64,000 nucleotides of DNA from Verrucomicrobiota bacterium (GTDB lineage: Bacteria > Verrucomicrobiota > Verrucomicrobiia > Limisphaerales > AAA164-E04): positions 5,312,001-5,376,000 of the forward strand of contig CP170459.1 in the NCBI GenBank assembly GCA_047947115.1. The letters are read 5' to 3'. Positions 60,467 through 64,000 of the stretch are shown piece by piece. Made by a program: the position numbers and the translations under genes. The first letter of the stretch is position 1. Each line of letters starts with the position of its first letter. The notes under the pieces were generated by a model that searched no databases, was not told where the DNA came from, and saw only the letters and a list, made by a program, of their open reading frames with translations.

Positions 60467-60497
60467 ACTCTATGCACCCCTCACTCATCCAACCGCA

Positions 60498-61469
60498 TCA
60501 TCCAAAGAAGTAATAAAACCTGGGAAGCGTACCTGAATCTTCCTTAAGGATGTAAACTCTCTTGTTTTTCAGGATGTAATTAATCTCACTGTCCGGATCC
60601 AGCAGGTTTCCAAAAACCCTGGCCCCGGTCGGACACACTTCCAAACAGGCCGGGTAACGCCCTTCTCTGGTCCGGTGGAGACAAAACGTGCATTTCTCCA
60701 CGACGCCGGAGGGCCGAATGCGATTACTCAAATAATTCTGATTGGGGTTCACCACTTCTTGCGGGACTTTTGGTTTGCCCCAATTGAACCGACGCGCATC
60801 GTAAGGACAGGCCGCCATGCAGTAACGACACCCGATGCACCAGTTGTAATCCACCACCACCACTCCATCAGGCTCCTGCCAGGTGGCTTCCACCGGGCAG
60901 GCTCTGGTGCAGGGAGATTCGCGGCATTGATGACATTGCACCGGCATATAGAACGTGTCATCCGACGGAACTTCACCGGTATAGTATTGATCGGAAGTTT
61001 CCACATTGAGAGCCCCCTTTTTCATCTGAAGGACCCGAATGTAGGACATATTGATGTCCTCCTCATCGTTCCTGGATTGATTATTTTCCGCCAAGCAGGC
61101 GTGGGCACACCTCCGACACCCGACACATTTGGTCAAGCTGAGAGCGTAGCCAAACTCAACGCCGTCACCCGCAGGGACATCTCTCAAGTTAGGTTTGACT
61201 CCATACTCTTGTTCGCATTTTTCGGTTAATCTGGCCATGATGCGGTCCAGATCATCCTTGGAAAGTTCCTTGTAATGTTTTTGTAGCAGATCACTTAACG
61301 TGATCTGACCGGACTCCAACTCCAACAATGGCCTCAGCGCCGCCACCAGTCCAGCCACACCCGCGACACCCGCGCCGGCTGCTTTGAGAAACGTTCGACG
61401 GGATTGTACTGTTGCACTGCCTGAGCCCTTGTTCGGGTGAGAAGGTTTTGTTCCGGATTGACTGGCCAT
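60498..61469 (-). CDS. Tat-exported 4x[4Fe-4S] protein (NrfC/DsrO-like)
   Basis: SRRTFLK Tat motif and four Cys clusters (CVGCRRCAHAC, CHQC...CTRACP, CIGCRYCMAACP, CTFC...CLEVCP). Confidence 0.92.
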   Translation of the reverse strand: MASQSGTKPSHPNKGSGSATVQSRRTFLKAAGAGVAGVAGLVAALRPLLELESGQITLSDLLQKHYKELSKDDLDRIMARLTEKCEQEYGVKPNLRDVPAGDGVEFGYALSLTKCVGCRRCAHACLAENNQSRNDEEDINMSYIRVLQMKKGALNVETSDQYYTGEVPSDDTFYMPVQCHQCRESPCTRACPVEATWQEPDGVVVVDYNWCIGCRYCMAACPYDARRFNWGKPKVPQEVVNPNQNYLSNRIRPSGVVEKCTFCLHRTREGRYPACLEVCPTGARVFGNLLDPDSEINYILKNKRVYILKEDSGTLPRFYYFFG

Positions 61470-61512
61470 AATCGTTTGAAAAAGTTAAATATGCAATTCG
61501 CCACATCGGCAC

Positions 61513-62214
61513 TCAGTGACCTTCCCCGGTTGACTCATGCTTGTCGTGTGCCCCTGCAGCCCGCTTGGGATAGGTCGGAGCGGCGAATGCATCCATTTTA
61601 GGAAATTTCGGAGTATGGGGATCGTGACATTGGATGCAGCGAAGTTTGGTTTGAGGGCCCTTGCTTTTGTCCCAGAAACCATTCGTCCTTCCGTGAGCCC
61701 CGGCTTTCCAATCCTGGTAAGTGGGACCGTGGCATTTGGCGCAAAGCAAGACGACGTCTTGTTCAGCAATTTCCGCCCCGTCATAATCGACAAATGCATT
61801 GCGGTTTTTCGCATGATGACAGTTCAGGCAAAACCGATTGTTTCCGTGGTTCAAAACAATGCTCTCATGCTCCACCAACTTACGATCATAGTGCCATTTC
61901 GCCTCCAGCAATCGGTGACAAGACATGCAGTCATAGGTCCATTGCTCTTTCACCAAATCAAGTCCCTTGGTTTTCCGCACCGGAGACTTATCAAGATAAT
62001 GATCCTGTTCAATGCCCACTTCAGGCTGCACAGGAGTAGCATCAGGAATGGTTGAAGATTGCGGAGGGGAAGAAACAGCATCCGTCTGAAGGGCCTCTGT
62101 TTTCTCAGCCCCATAAGACGTTTCCGCCACATGAAGCACGCATCCCAACAAAACGGCCACCAACAACATGGGACCCCATGCTTTCTTGGCTACACTATCG
62201 CATCGCTTTTTCAC
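61513..62214 (-). CDS. Tetraheme c-type cytochrome
   Basis: CMSCH, CLNCH, CAKCH and CIQCH motifs; N-terminal hydrophobic segment. Confidence 0.88.
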   Translation of the reverse strand: MKKRCDSVAKKAWGPMLLVAVLLGCVLHVAETSYGAEKTEALQTDAVSSPPQSSTIPDATPVQPEVGIEQDHYLDKSPVRKTKGLDLVKEQWTYDCMSCHRLLEAKWHYDRKLVEHESIVLNHGNNRFCLNCHHAKNRNAFVDYDGAEIAEQDVVLLCAKCHGPTYQDWKAGAHGRTNGFWDKSKGPQTKLRCIQCHDPHTPKFPKMDAFAAPTYPKRAAGAHDKHESTGEGH

Positions 62215-62398
62215 AGGAAGTCACCGGTTAACGCAATGACCATAGGTAACCGCGAACCGAACAACTCTCCTAATTTTGCGGCATTCCACCCATAATTTGT
62301 TGTTCTCGCTTATTCGAGAGCAACCGGATGCGACACAAATATGAAAAAAGTTTAAAAAAAAACGACTCCGCCTTGCGGTGGACTAATGAGGAAAACCG

Positions 62399-63664
62399 CT
62401 ACGCAAGCAAATAAGGAATGGTCAATGGACCCTGGGGAAGAACTGCGACGCGAGCCTGATCACCCAGTGAGGAAAGCCGATCCTGAACCGTTTGGGAAAT
62501 GTCATGGCAAGGTTTCAAATGCGCTGCAGCCAGTGTGTCATCATCCAAAGAACTGTGAACGAGCACCTCGGCACGCGCCTGAATGAGTGCCTGAATCTGG
62601 GCCTGCCATTGCTCAGGACGAACAAAACCAGGAGTGCTCAACATGGTCAATATTTCTTCAGGGCTGGACGCGCTACGAAGCAATTGATCCAGGGGACTTT
62701 TGGCTGGAACCCCTTCGCGGCATTCACAAGCCAGAATCAACAAACCTCCGTCCTTGAGTATCCGGGCCCCGGCGCTCATGCCTTTCACTCCCTGATAGAG
62801 ATTCAAATCCAGAGGATAACCACTGTTGGTGGTGACAACAATGTCGAAAGGTTCCTTGACCGGTTGCATGGCGGATTGCTTGACGGTCTGCCACCCTGCC
62901 CGATGGGCCTCGACCAGGTCACCCGCAAAGACCCCGGTGATGGCTCGATCATGGTTCAAGGTGACGTTGAGCAGAAAACTCGGACCGGCCCGGAGTGCGA
63001 TATCCCGCAGTTCCTCCCAAAGAGGATTGCCATCCGTCACACCAAAGGTCGCTCTCGGGTCCCCAATGTTCTCAACCCCATGGTTACTCATCACCGTATC
63101 CAACCCGGCCACCCCGGGCATGATACCCTTGGGACCACCACTGAAGCCTGCAAAAAAATGCGGTTCGATAAAGCCTGTCACAATCCTCAGATCAGCCTCC
63201 ACCGCATGTTTGTTGATCATGGCCGGAACACCTGTTCTGGTCGTCCCCAATTGAACAAGCTGGGATGGATCTTCGCAGTCATGATTGAGCACACGATAAT
63301 CTCGCACCACTTCAGGCGTCAACATCTGCTCCAGCTCGGCCTTGGTATTGGGCCGGTGCGTTCCCAATTGATTCAGCAAGGTAATATTTTCACGGGGATG
63401 ATCACCCAGATATTCGAGCATCCATGGAATGATGCGTTCATTGGGTGTGGCGCGGGTGAGATCGGTGAAAAGAATGCAAAGCTTGTCCTCTGGCCGAATA
63501 CTCTGAATAAGACTTGAGGCATGGATGGGGTGATCCAATGCGCCAAGAACGGCCGATTTTTCGTCCTTAAGCCCTTGGGTGAACTTGGGTTCAATCACCG
63601 TGACCTGATCCTGAGGCAAATCAATGCCCAATTTGCCGTTGCCATATGCCAAATCAATTCTCAT
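62399..63664 (-). CDS. larA: Nickel-pincer-dependent lactate racemase (LarA) family protein
   Basis: DLTRATP, LGTHR, PHFFAGFSGGPK, SNH and YQGVKG motifs. The substrate is not certain. Confidence 0.85.
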   Translation of the reverse strand: MRIDLAYGNGKLGIDLPQDQVTVIEPKFTQGLKDEKSAVLGALDHPIHASSLIQSIRPEDKLCILFTDLTRATPNERIIPWMLEYLGDHPRENITLLNQLGTHRPNTKAELEQMLTPEVVRDYRVLNHDCEDPSQLVQLGTTRTGVPAMINKHAVEADLRIVTGFIEPHFFAGFSGGPKGIMPGVAGLDTVMSNHGVENIGDPRATFGVTDGNPLWEELRDIALRAGPSFLLNVTLNHDRAITGVFAGDLVEAHRAGWQTVKQSAMQPVKEPFDIVVTTNSGYPLDLNLYQGVKGMSAGARILKDGGLLILACECREGVPAKSPLDQLLRSASSPEEILTMLSTPGFVRPEQWQAQIQALIQARAEVLVHSSLDDDTLAAAHLKPCHDISQTVQDRLSSLGDQARVAVLPQGPLTIPYLLA

Positions 63665-63720
63665 GCGTCACAAAAACATAAAAAGAGAGCAAAAAAAAAG
63701 CGAGCATTCGTTCTTCACAA

Positions 63721-64000
63721 TTACCCAATGCGCATATGTGTATTTTTGACATTGTCTAAAATCTGTTGAAGATTTTCCAACCCCCCACACCTTGTAACCG
63801 TCAAATCTTCCATCAAGCCAGCATACGAATCCACAGCGCGTCCCCCTGCCAGAATCGGATACGGCACCGGCAAATACCCACGAAGTTCCCTGAGAGCATC
63901 AACAACTTCGGGATCGCCCGCCGGAAAAACGAGGCTCAAGGCAAGCAGGCTGGCGTTGTTCTGTTTAACTGCTCCAACCAATTCTGCCGAAGGAACGGAG
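63721..64000 (-). CDS. Partial CDS (C-terminus): B12-binding domain of a MerR/CarH-like regulator
   Basis: Ends in ...LLALSLV...LRELRGYLP...ILAGGRA. The frame runs to the window edge. Confidence 0.6.
   Translation of the reverse strand, partial: SVPSAELVGAVKQNNASLLALSLVFPAGDPEVVDALRELRGYLPVPYPILAGGRAVDSYAGLMEDLTVTRCGGLENLQQILDNVKNTHMRIG

Noticed and set aside
59252..61469. Dissimilatory sulfate reduction DsrOP
   Set aside because: No dsrMKJ or dsrAB genes are nearby, and NrfC/NrfD-type pairs are generic redox modules.
1..64000. tRNA, rRNA, transposase, integrase, reverse transcriptase or prophage genes
   Set aside because: I saw no recognisable motifs by eye. A tRNAscan or Rfam run would be needed to exclude small RNAs fully.

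Overview
A 64-kb bacterial chromosomal window with about 50 genes. The gene families and a shared C-terminal domain on secreted proteins suggest Verrucomicrobiota or the wider PVC group (inference). Housekeeping genes (rnc, mutL, aroB, an M42 peptidase) are interspersed with accessory modules. The main feature is a ~22-kb divergent phosphate-starvation island (25079-47227). On the minus strand it carries DUF3450, a TtpC-like ExbB, ExbB, ExbD, TonB, a TPR protein, a TonB-dependent receptor, a PiT transporter, pstSCAB and phoU. On the plus strand it carries a 2244-aa secreted protein with four tandem ~430-aa acidic beta-helix-like domains and two Trp-rich domains. Pho-box-like 11-bp direct repeats sit upstream of both arms and of pstS. 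Other modules are: an operon for a tetraheme cytochrome, an NrfC-like protein, an NrfD-like protein and an octaheme HAO-family cytochrome; a radical SAM plus flavin halogenase pair; a BlaI/BlaR1-like pair with its operator; an AAA-DUF4143 gene with a 36-bp palindrome; a furin-like S8 protease; and a LarA-family gene. There are also two pseudogenes, several REP/MITE-like intergenic repeats, and a long hairpin in the leader of the rnc operon. I found no rRNA, tRNA, CRISPR array, transposase or integrase.
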